From positions 28,307 through 92,306 of the forward strand of contig DHPY01000075.1 in NCBI GenBank assembly GCA_002411015.1: a DNA stretch of 64,000 nucleotides. Direction: 5' to 3'. This DNA comes from Armatimonadetes bacterium UBA5352. Lineage in GTDB: Bacteria > Armatimonadota > Zipacnadia > Zipacnadales > UBA5352. The translations under genes were made by a program, and so were the position numbers. The notes beneath the pieces are model-generated. The model worked only from the letters and a program-made list of their open reading frames with translations, searched no databases and was not told where the DNA came from. Below are positions 50,770-58,773 of the stretch, piece by piece (position 1 is the stretch's first letter; each line of letters starts with the position of its first letter).

Positions 50770-53700
50770 GGCTGCCGCACCAGCAGCAGGTAGTCGAGGT
50801 TCATCCCGGTCCCGTCTGTGTTCATCATCCGGAAGCGGTGCTCGCCCGCCGTCAGATCGAGCACGAGCGGCTCTCCGTTCCCAGTTCGCAGCACCTCATG
50901 CGCCCAATCACTCGTGCTTGAGCTGAAGCCGCCGGTCCCGGGGAAGGCGCACTCGCCCCTGTCCTCACCATCGCTCCAGACGGCGCGCCACACACCCTCC
51001 ATGGCGCAGTAGCGCGCGACTACCTGGTACTGCCCTGCCTCCGGGGCATTCAGCGTCCACTCCAGCCAGTGCCCTGGCGCGTCCCAGTGCGAGAAGCAGG
51101 TCCCGTCGGCGCCGACCTTGTCCTCGCGCAGCATCACCTCGCCGCCGCCCTGCGCACTGAAGGCCTCAGCCTGGACGCGCGGCAGGTCAGTCAGGGGGAG
51201 GTCGAGCGGCTGGAGGGCAAGCGCCGCCTCCATCGGCTCGTCGGCGTCAAGCTGCGCGCGTACCTCGGACGACCGCCGCTCGAACAGCTCGCCATCAGCA
51301 ATCAGCCTCGCTGTGAGCGGGTACCGCCGCATCTCCCCCGCCGGCACCGCGACCTCGACCTGCGAGGCCGCGAGTGCGACGCCCTCGTCCGCCTCCAGCC
51401 TCACGGTGCCACCAATCGCGCGCTCCGCGGGCGCGGTGACGACCACCTCGAGCGTGGTCTCCTCGCCCAGCGGCAGCCAGCCCTGCGGCGCGACCAGCGA
51501 GAGGTTCGCCTGACCCGCCGCGGGGCAGTAGGAGAGCATAGGGCACTGCGTGTAGCCCATCGCCTGGATGCAGACATCACCGCGGTAGATCGGATCCTGC
51601 ATCAGGCAGACGCGCCGATCGGCGGCGGGGATGGTGGTAGTGTAGACGCGCAGTTCGCCGGCGACGCTCGTGATGAGTTCCTCGCGCCAGTCGCCGAGGA
51701 TGTCCGCAAAGCCGACGATGCTGCCCTCGATGCCGGAGGTCACCACGCCGCCGCCAAAGTCCTGGATGCGCGAGCCGCGCGCGAGTTCGTGCTGCAGGTC
51801 CGCGTCCCAGTAGACCGTGCGGGGGCTGAGGCCGAGGCCCTCGGTGAGCTCGATCCGCTCACCCTTCGCCGACCAGAGCCAGCGCTTCTCGGGGAGGTCG
51901 CGCTCGCCGGAGTAGCATTCAAGCCCCGGGTAGCGCGCATCGATGTCGGCGCACATCCCGGTTGAATGAACGTGCTGAGTGGGCTCATCGAGCCCCCAGA
52001 GCCACTCGCCCGTGCGCGCATCCACGAGGTTGCAGCCATCGGCGGCGCTGCGTGGCTCGATCCCGTAGTAGACCTCAAGTCCCGGGCGCGCCGGGTCGAT
52101 GTCGCCGACGTAGTGGTGGTCGGGGTGGCCCATCCCGGTTGACCAGAGTTCGACTCCGTTGTCATCGAGCACGGACGAGCCCAGGAATACCTCATCACGG
52201 CCATCGCCATCGACGTCCACTGCGTGCATCGAGTGCGCGCCCTGGCCGCGATAGATGCCGGAGAGCCCCTCGTTGCTCCACGCCCACAGCTCCTCGAGCT
52301 TCCCATCGCGAAGCTGCCACGCATGCACGCGCATGATCGCGTAGGTGCCGCGGTCCACCACGATGCAGGGCGTCTTCCCATCGAGGTACGCGATGCACAT
52401 GAGGTTGCGCGAGGCGAGGTTGTATGAGCGGTAGCCTTCGCGCGTGGGCCAGTCTGTGCGGGCGATCTCCTCGCCGGTGTAGCCATCGAGCACCGCCAGC
52501 CACTCCGGGCCGGTCTGCACCTTGCCCTCGGCATCGCGCAGGTCCTCGTCGGGCCCGAGCTTGAGGATGACCTCCGCGCGGCCGTCCCCATTGAGATCAT
52601 GCACCAGCATCGGCGAGTACCACGCGCCCCGCTCAATCGACCAGCCGAGGTTGCGCCGCCAGAGGAAGGTGCCATCGTTGAGGTAGGCCTCAACCGCGTA
52701 GGTGCCCTCGCTGGGCACCCAGTAGCCGTCGCCCGGGTCCACGTTCGCGTTCGGTTGCTTGATGACGAAGTCGTAGCTCCCGTTGCCGTCGAGGTCACCG
52801 ATGCCACACTTCTGGAAGGTATAGTCGCCCTGCAGCGGGATGGAGATGAAGCTCTCGCCCTCCTCCGATGGCGTCGCCTCGGCCTGTGTGGAGACTTCGC
52901 CGCCGACTCCAGAGACCACCGGCCTGACCACGTAGTAGTTCGGCTCGCCCCAGACTGGGAAGGCGTCCACGAAGTCGCAGGTCGTCAAGATCGGCTCTAG
53001 GGTCAGCCGCTCAGGCCGCTGCCGCCCTGTCCAGCGGTAGACGTGGAAGCCGACGTCCGCTGGATCATTGCGCAGGAGCCGCCAGCCGAGGTAGACGCGG
53101 CCACCCTCGATCGGCATCGCCACGAGGCCCCGATCAAGGGGCTCCTCCACGCGCTCCCTCGCCCAGCCCTGCACCGGGGGGCGCTGAGGCCGCTCAGCTA
53201 CGTCCGGCCAGCCGCGCTCAAGCACGACCTCATCGACCCACGCGCGGATCGGGCCGGTTCCGGTGAAGCGCACGTAGACCTCGTCTATGTTGCGCCGCAC
53301 CATCGCGCGCGCATCGAGCTTCCGCCAGTCACTGGCACCGCGCACGCTGTCGGAGCCGATATCCCACGCGACGACCTCGCCATCCCTGAGCGCCACGAAC
53401 GCCAGCGTGAGGCTGCCTTCGCCCTCGGTGCGCACCCATGCGGTCGCGTTCAGCCGATCGCGCTCCTCAACCGGGAGCCGTCCCCGATTGCTCAGCGCGA
53501 AGTCCTGCTCACCGGTGTGCTCGATGAGCACCGCGCGCTGGCCCTGATGCGCGTCGGCGGTGACGCTGAACGTCCCCGCGCCCTGCTCGCGCAGATACTG
53601 AGTCCAGCCGGGGATGGGGTCGCCGCCCTCCAGCGCGAACTCGAAGTCACCGTTCGAGACGCCATTGATCGCGGGGACGGTGGGCGCGAACTCGAGGTAG

Positions 53701-54182
53701 TCGAAGTAGGCCGGGCCCTGGTTGGTGTCTGCGGCGTAGCGGTCATCCACCCACAGCTCAAAGCGCCCGTTGGTGACGGTGACCATCCCGAGGCTGCGTG
53801 TGGTCAGCTTCCGCCAGCTCTCGCCATCGAGCGAGACGCCCAGAGGCCGGGAGACGCCGCCGACCGTGACCTCCCAGGTGCCGTCGGGGATGCCGGTGAC
53901 CACAGCGTGCAGCGGCGGCGCGCCATCCTCAGGCCGCTCGCGGTCCACCAGCACATCAGGCGACCGAAGCACAGTGCCCTCAGACCACTTCCGCTCGGCG
54001 TCCTGGTCGGTGGACCAGAGGTTCCAGAGGCTGTCGCTGTCTCGGTTGACCTGCCACGCCTCCGCGGGCCCGGCGATGTCTTCAGCCTCGAAGCGCAGCG
54101 CCTGCGGTTGCGCTGCGGCGAGCGCGCAGTACGCGAGCAGGATCAGGTGCGCGACAGCCATCCGCCGAATCGCGATGCACAT
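50766..54182 (-). CDS. Rhamnogalacturonan lyase, PL11 family (beta-propeller with Ca-binding D-x-D-G-D/N-G repeats) flanked by CBM6/35-like modules; secreted
   Basis: Repeats IGDLDGNGSYDFVIK, VHDLNGDGRAEVILK, AVDVDGDGRDEVFLGS, SNGDFEFALEGGDP. N- and C-terminal CBM-like blocks (LRFEAEDIAG...YFDYLEF; VQAEAFSAQGGGEV...). Signal peptide after M at 54182. RBS GGGAGG 8 nt upstream. Confidence 0.65.
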   Translation of the reverse strand: MCIAIRRMAVAHLILLAYCALAAAQPQALRFEAEDIAGPAEAWQVNRDSDSLWNLWSTDQDAERKWSEGTVLRSPDVLVDRERPEDGAPPLHAVVTGIPDGTWEVTVGGVSRPLGVSLDGESWRKLTTRSLGMVTVTNGRFELWVDDRYAADTNQGPAYFDYLEFAPTVPAINGVSNGDFEFALEGGDPIPGWTQYLREQGAGTFSVTADAHQGQRAVLIEHTGEQDFALSNRGRLPVEERDRLNATAWVRTEGEGSLTLAFVALRDGEVVAWDIGSDSVRGASDWRKLDARAMVRRNIDEVYVRFTGTGPIRAWVDEVVLERGWPDVAERPQRPPVQGWARERVEEPLDRGLVAMPIEGGRVYLGWRLLRNDPADVGFHVYRWTGRQRPERLTLEPILTTCDFVDAFPVWGEPNYYVVRPVVSGVGGEVSTQAEATPSEEGESFISIPLQGDYTFQKCGIGDLDGNGSYDFVIKQPNANVDPGDGYWVPSEGTYAVEAYLNDGTFLWRRNLGWSIERGAWYSPMLVHDLNGDGRAEVILKLGPDEDLRDAEGKVQTGPEWLAVLDGYTGEEIARTDWPTREGYRSYNLASRNLMCIAYLDGKTPCIVVDRGTYAIMRVHAWQLRDGKLEELWAWSNEGLSGIYRGQGAHSMHAVDVDGDGRDEVFLGSSVLDDNGVELWSTGMGHPDHHYVGDIDPARPGLEVYYGIEPRSAADGCNLVDARTGEWLWGLDEPTQHVHSTGMCADIDARYPGLECYSGERDLPEKRWLWSAKGERIELTEGLGLSPRTVYWDADLQHELARGSRIQDFGGGVVTSGIEGSIVGFADILGDWREELITSVAGELRVYTTTIPAADRRVCLMQDPIYRGDVCIQAMGYTQCPMLSYCPAAGQANLSLVAPQGWLPLGEETTLEVVVTAPAERAIGGTVRLEADEGVALAASQVEVAVPAGEMRRYPLTARLIADGELFERRSSEVRAQLDADEPMEAALALQPLDLPLTDLPRVQAEAFSAQGGGEVMLREDKVGADGTCFSHWDAPGHWLEWTLNAPEAGQYQVVARYCAMEGVWRAVWSDGEDRGECAFPGTGGFSSSTSDWAHEVLRTGNGEPLVLDLTAGEHRFRMMNTDGTGMNLDYLLLVRQP

Positions 54183-54220
54183 GGCTCGAACCTCCCGGGT
54201 GACGGGGCGCCTTAACCGAA

Positions 54221-54248
54221 GCCGCGCCGGCACGGTGGCCGGCGCGGC
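54221..54248 (-). terminator. 11-bp perfect hairpin GCCGCGCCGGC-acggtg-GCCGGCGCGGC between thioredoxin-like gene and PL11 gene (same strand)
   Basis: Stems exact reverse complements. Could act as terminator or attenuator separating the two minus-strand genes. Confidence 0.35.
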
Positions 54249-54299
54249 GGGTGACCTGTGATGCGGCCACTGCAGCCGCATATTCAGCATGAAGCGGGG

Positions 54300-54992
54300 C
54301 TATCCCTCCAACTCCTGGAGCCAGCCCATGATCATCTCGCGGGCGGCGTTGCCCTCGGCGGCAAGTTCGCCGTCGGGGCCGTAGATCTTGAAGTGCGGGA
54401 TGCTGCGCAGGCTGTACTGCTGCGCAACCGGAGACTGCCAGTCAATCCCCTGAATGCCCGGGCGGTTGATGTTCACGCTGACGAGCACCACATCGGCGCG
54501 CTCCGTCGCCAGCCGCTCTACGAGCGGGGCGAACTGCACGCATGGGCCGCAGTACTCGCTGAAGAAGTCGAAGATCACGTACTGCCCTGGCACGAGGTAG
54601 TCCTCCAGCGTGACCTGCTCGCCATGGCTGACCTCGCGGATGTCCTCGTAGGGGCAGAGCACATCGTTCGCGGCCGCGGTGGCCGCCTCGGCCCGCTCGC
54701 CCTCAAGGCCGGCTGCGACCGCGGCCTGGTAGAGCTTCGCCATCAGGTACTGGTGCGCGCGGCCGATATACCACAGCTCCTCAACCGAGCGCCCCTCCAT
54801 CTCCGTGCCGGCCGCGCCGAGGATCCGGGCGGCATGGAAGTATGCCTGCTCGAAGTTCCCCTCGCCCGCCGCCTGCTCCATCACGCCGCCCTCGTTGACG
54901 ATGTCGATGGGGGCGATCCCGTCCTGCGCCACGGCAACTCCCAGCGCGAACAGCAATGTGACCACCGTCAGCACTCCAGCTGCCCTGCCCAA
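54300..54992 (-). CDS. Thioredoxin-fold thiol-disulfide oxidoreductase (TlpA/ResA-like), exported
   Basis: Signal peptide MGRAAGVLTVVTLLFALGVAVA. Active site FFSEYCGPCVQF (C-G-P-C). Confidence 0.8.
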   Translation of the reverse strand: MGRAAGVLTVVTLLFALGVAVAQDGIAPIDIVNEGGVMEQAAGEGNFEQAYFHAARILGAAGTEMEGRSVEELWYIGRAHQYLMAKLYQAAVAAGLEGERAEAATAAANDVLCPYEDIREVSHGEQVTLEDYLVPGQYVIFDFFSEYCGPCVQFAPLVERLATERADVVLVSVNINRPGIQGIDWQSPVAQQYSLRSIPHFKIYGPDGELAAEGNAAREMIMGWLQELEG

Positions 54993-55045
54993 AGCTCATC
55001 TTCCCCTTTCGGCATGTGCCAACCTGATCTTGCTGAGATACAGCG

Positions 55046-55879
55046 CTACCCGCGCACCCCATCGAGGGCCTGGCGAAGATACGCCAGTCCCTGCCGAGTC
55101 GACTCGCAGTGGTCCAGCGGCCCCTCATACTCGAACGCGAGGGTGCCGTCGTAGCCGCCGCCAACGAGCGCGCTGAGGATCGCGCGATGGTCGAGCAGCC
55201 CCTGCCCGTGCAGGCCGCCGCGGATCCAGGTGCCGTCCGGCAGTTCGATGCGACCGCGGTTCGGGTCGATTTCCCAGTCCTTCAAGTGAGCATTAGCGAT
55301 CCGACCCGCGAATTCCTGCGCGGCTTTGGCCGGATCATCGCCGCCAACGACCCAGTTCCCGTTGTCGAAGGTCAACTGCAGCCCCGGAACGTTGTCCAGA
55401 AGGTAACGCACCTGCTCGATAGACGCGTACGGCGCGAGACGGTTCGGGAAATCTTCAATGCTGACCGTCACGCCCCGCTCCCTGGCGTACGCGACGGCCT
55501 GCGAGAGGCCCTCCACGATGCGATCCGCCGCCCGTGGCAGGTCCTCCTCGGAGGTGGCGTGGCCGGGGATAATCATGATAACCGGTGAGCCGACCGCCAC
55601 CGCCGCATCGGCGAGATCGCGCGCCTGCGCCAGACCCGCCTCGAACTCCGCGTCATCCTCCGCCGCGAGCGAGGCCGGGCCGTTGATGCACGAGATTGCC
55701 AGCCCGCGCGCATCGCAGATCGCGCGAATCTCCTCCGGCTCGCGCCCGACCAGGTCGCGCGAGGAGAGTTCCAGCGCCTCGAAGCCGACCTCGTGCGCGA
55801 AATCCGCCATCTCCTCGAGCGTCCGCAATCCGCCCGGCTGCCCGGCATTGACCGTGTATGTCATCAGTGACCAGCGCAT
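55046..55879 (-). CDS. Sugar phosphate isomerase/epimerase (xylose-isomerase-like TIM barrel)
   Basis: EVGFEALELS N-terminal motif; overall pattern of the AP_endonuc_2 / Xyl isomerase-like TIM-barrel family. RBS GGGAGG 6 nt before ATG 55879. Confidence 0.7.
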   Translation of the reverse strand: MRWSLMTYTVNAGQPGGLRTLEEMADFAHEVGFEALELSSRDLVGREPEEIRAICDARGLAISCINGPASLAAEDDAEFEAGLAQARDLADAAVAVGSPVIMIIPGHATSEEDLPRAADRIVEGLSQAVAYARERGVTVSIEDFPNRLAPYASIEQVRYLLDNVPGLQLTFDNGNWVVGGDDPAKAAQEFAGRIANAHLKDWEIDPNRGRIELPDGTWIRGGLHGQGLLDHRAILSALVGGGYDGTLAFEYEGPLDHCESTRQGLAYLRQALDGVRG

Positions 55880-55911
55880 CGTGAGCCTCCCGATCGTCAT
55901 CTGATTGCCTG

Positions 55912-56784
55912 CTACTTCCGTGCGCCCAACGCCTCCAGCAGCGCCCGCCGCATCGTCTCCACCTGCGGCTCCTGCCCCGTCCAGTACTGCAGCGAGATCG
56001 CGCCCTGGTGGACCAGCATCCCCGCGCCGTCAACCGTCTGCGCGCCCGCCGCGCGTGCCGCCTTCAGCAGCACCGTGTCGAGCGGGTTGTAGGTGAGGTC
56101 GGTCACGACCTGCCCCTCGCGCAGCCACTCCGCGGGCACCACAGGCTCCACGTTATGGCGCGGGTACATGCCCACCGAGGTGCAATCCACAATCACGTCC
56201 GCACCGGAGACCGCCTCGCGCGACTCCGGGCCCTCAAGCGCCACGGCAGTGACCTCACGCAGATCGGTCGTGCGCCGCACAAGCTCGGCCACGTCCTCCG
56301 CGCGCTCCACGGTGCGGTTGACGACCGCGATGCGTGACGCTCCCTCGCGCGCGCAGGCCCATGCGACCGAGCGCGCGGAGCCGCCCGCGCCGATCACCGT
56401 GACCGCGCGGCCTGCCACGCTGTGGCCGTGCTCCGCCAGAGAGCGCAGGAAGCCCGGGCCATCGGTGTTATGCCCTGCCAGCGTACCATCCTCGCGCCGC
56501 ACGATGGTATTCGCCACGCCCAGCGCCTGCACCGCCTCGTCGGTCTCGTCGAGGTGCTCGATCACCGCGCTCTTGTGCGGGATCGTCACGTTCAGCCCTA
56601 CGAGCCCGAGCCCGCGCACGCCCGCCAGCGCTTCACCGACCCGCTCAGGCTCCACGGCGAACGCGAGGTAGAGCCAGTTCAGGCCCATCTCTCGCAGCGC
56701 CGCGTTCTGCATCGCGGGCGAGAGGCTGTGCTCAATCGGCCAGCCGATCACTCCAACGAGGCGTGTCTGCGTATTCGGCTTCAT
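55912..56784 (-). CDS. aroE: Shikimate dehydrogenase
   Basis: VIGWPIEHSLSPAMQNAAL, GLNVTIPHK, Rossmann VIGAGGSARSV. Confidence 0.9.
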   Translation of the reverse strand: MKPNTQTRLVGVIGWPIEHSLSPAMQNAALREMGLNWLYLAFAVEPERVGEALAGVRGLGLVGLNVTIPHKSAVIEHLDETDEAVQALGVANTIVRREDGTLAGHNTDGPGFLRSLAEHGHSVAGRAVTVIGAGGSARSVAWACAREGASRIAVVNRTVERAEDVAELVRRTTDLREVTAVALEGPESREAVSGADVIVDCTSVGMYPRHNVEPVVPAEWLREGQVVTDLTYNPLDTVLLKAARAAGAQTVDGAGMLVHQGAISLQYWTGQEPQVETMRRALLEALGARK

Positions 56785-57332
56785 CTCTGGATGGCCTCCC
56801 CGCCATCTTTATGCTGATCGCGATCGAAGCCGAGCCTGCGGGCGACGAACTCCTCCATGCGGCGGTGGACCATGCGCGTGAAGAAGAATTCGTTCTCGCC
56901 GATGCGCTCGACCCAGATGGTGTAGAGGCCCGCGCGGTTGCCGGCCAGCACGTCGGTCATCACCTGGTCGCCGATCATCGCGGTGTTCTCCGGAGTGCTG
57001 CCGATGAGGCGCATCGCGCGGCGCAGGCCGCCGGTGAAGGGCTTGCGGTCCCAGTGCCAGACGGCCACGCAGGGGATGCCGAATGCATTCGCAAGGCGCC
57101 GCGCGCGCCTGCCGGTCATGGAGTTCGAGACGAGGGCGACGCGGAAGCGGCGGCAGGCTTGCTCAGCCCACGCCAGCCGCTCAGGCGCCAGGTCGGGCAG
57201 GCCGTATGCGAGGAGCGTGTTGTCCACGTCGATGAGCAGGCCTTCGATGCCGCGCGCGGCGAGGGCATCGAGGTCAATCTCATCCACGCTGCGCACGACC
57301 TCATCGGGGCGGAACACATCCAGCAGGCCCAT
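56781..57332 (-). CDS. YqeG-family HAD-IIIA phosphatase
   Basis: LLIDVDNTL, VALVSNS, MIGDQVMTDVLAGNRAG. Overlaps aroE start by 4 nt (ATGA), as in the conserved yqeG-aroE arrangement. Confidence 0.75.
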   Translation of the reverse strand: MGLLDVFRPDEVVRSVDEIDLDALAARGIEGLLIDVDNTLLAYGLPDLAPERLAWAEQACRRFRVALVSNSMTGRRARRLANAFGIPCVAVWHWDRKPFTGGLRRAMRLIGSTPENTAMIGDQVMTDVLAGNRAGLYTIWVERIGENEFFFTRMVHRRMEEFVARRLGFDRDQHKDGGEAIQR

Positions 57333-57335
57333 CCG

Positions 57336-58382
57336 CTATCGTCCCCTGATGCGGCTGATCGCGCCCTGATGCTCGGTGAAGGTGTGGGAGAAGATGTGCG
57401 TGCCGTCCGCGCGGGCCACGTAGAAGAACGCGTCGGTATTGGCCGGCCGGAGCGCCGCCATCAGCGCGGGCAGCCCCGGCGAGGCGATCGGCCCCGGCGG
57501 GAGCCCGGCGTGCAGGTAGGTGTTGTAGGGCGAATCCACCTTCAGGTCCTCAAAGAGCAGGCGCCCTTTGTGCTCGGGGAGGGCGTACTGCACTGTCGCG
57601 TCAATCTGCAGCCGCATCCCACGGTCGAGCCGGTTCTGGATGACGCCCGCGATGAGGGGCCGCTCGTGATCCACCCGGGCCTCGCGCTCGACCAGCGATG
57701 CGAGGGTGATGATCTCGTGCAGGCTCAGCCCGCGCGCCTCGATCTCCGCGCGATTCGGCGTGTAGAAGCGGTCCTCAAGCTCCTGAACCATGCGGATGAT
57801 CATCGGGTCGGGCTGGAGATCGCAGCAGAAGTCGTAGGTCTCGGGGAAGAGGTAGCCCTCGAGGCTGCCCTTCGGGAGCGGCATCGTGATCTCCGAGGCA
57901 ACGGTCTTGGCGACCGCTCGCTCCTCGAAGGTCGCGGCGTCGTCCACCAGGTCCGCCTCAGCCATGCGCTGCGCGATCTGCTCCAGCGTCAGGCCCTCGG
58001 GGATCGTCAGCCGCCGCATCGCGACCTTGCCTGATGCGATGTGCCGCGCGATCTCCTCGCCGTTCATCGAGCCGGAGATCTCGTAGGCGCCGGCCTTGAG
58101 CTTTCCGGACAGACCCTCCATGCGGAGCATCAGCTTGAAGGCCCGGGCGTCGCGGATGAGAGCCTCGTCGCGCAGTATCCTGGTGATGCCCTCGACGGAG
58201 GTACCCTCAGGGATGCGCACGATCTTCGGCTCACCCTCAGTGCTGACCGGCGCGAGTCCGGAGTGATACCAGTTCCAGGCGCCATAGCCGAATATGAGCG
58301 CGGTGAGCACCACGATCGCGCCGATGATGATGAGGACGCGCTTCACGAGGCCTCGCCCCCGGCCCGGCGGCGGTCCAGCCAT
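57336..58382 (-). CDS. mltG: Endolytic murein transglycosylase MltG (YceG-like)
   Basis: N-terminal TM segment VLIIIGAIVVLTALIFG. YceG domain motifs ...GAYEISGSMNGEEIA..., ...PYNTYLHAGLPPGPIASPG.... Confidence 0.85.
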   Translation of the reverse strand: MAGPPPGRGRGLVKRVLIIIGAIVVLTALIFGYGAWNWYHSGLAPVSTEGEPKIVRIPEGTSVEGITRILRDEALIRDARAFKLMLRMEGLSGKLKAGAYEISGSMNGEEIARHIASGKVAMRRLTIPEGLTLEQIAQRMAEADLVDDAATFEERAVAKTVASEITMPLPKGSLEGYLFPETYDFCCDLQPDPMIIRMVQELEDRFYTPNRAEIEARGLSLHEIITLASLVEREARVDHERPLIAGVIQNRLDRGMRLQIDATVQYALPEHKGRLLFEDLKVDSPYNTYLHAGLPPGPIASPGLPALMAALRPANTDAFFYVARADGTHIFSHTFTEHQGAISRIRGR

Positions 58383-58771
58383 GCCTGCAGGATCAGCGCC
58401 GCAGCCACCTTGTCCACCTGTCCGCGACGGTCGCGCTCCGTGAGACCCGCCTCCTGCATGCTGCGTGCGGCGACCGCCGAGGTCATGCGCTCATCAGATA
58501 CCTCCACAGGAAGCTCAGTGGCCGCCCGCAGGCGCTCGACGAACGCCGCCATCCGCTGCGCCGCTACGCCCTCTTCGCCGCGCAGGTCGATCGGCATCCC
58601 GACCACGATGCACTCCGCGCCGCTTGTTTGCGCGCGCTCGAGCACCAGCGCGGCCGGGTCATCGCCCTCACGCACCGCCACCACCTCCAGCGGCGAGGCG
58701 ATCAGGCCCGACGCATCGCTCAGCGCCAGCCCGATCCGCCTCTCACCCGCATCCACCCCGAGCACCCGCAT
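58343..58771 (-). CDS. ruvX: Putative pre-16S rRNA nuclease / Holliday-junction-resolvase-like YqgF
   Basis: MRVLGVDAGERRIGLALSD..., VVGMPIDLRGEEG, SDERMTS. Confidence 0.9.
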   Translation of the reverse strand: MRVLGVDAGERRIGLALSDASGLIASPLEVVAVREGDDPAALVLERAQTSGAECIVVGMPIDLRGEEGVAAQRMAAFVERLRAATELPVEVSDERMTSAVAARSMQEAGLTERDRRGQVDKVAAALILQAWLDRRRAGGEAS

Positions 58772-58773
58772 CG

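Noticed and set aside
51069-54215. 298-aa and 390-aa plus-strand ORFs inside the PL11 lyase gene
   Set aside because: Antisense frames. The minus strand shows repeated PL11 Ca-binding DxDGDG motifs.
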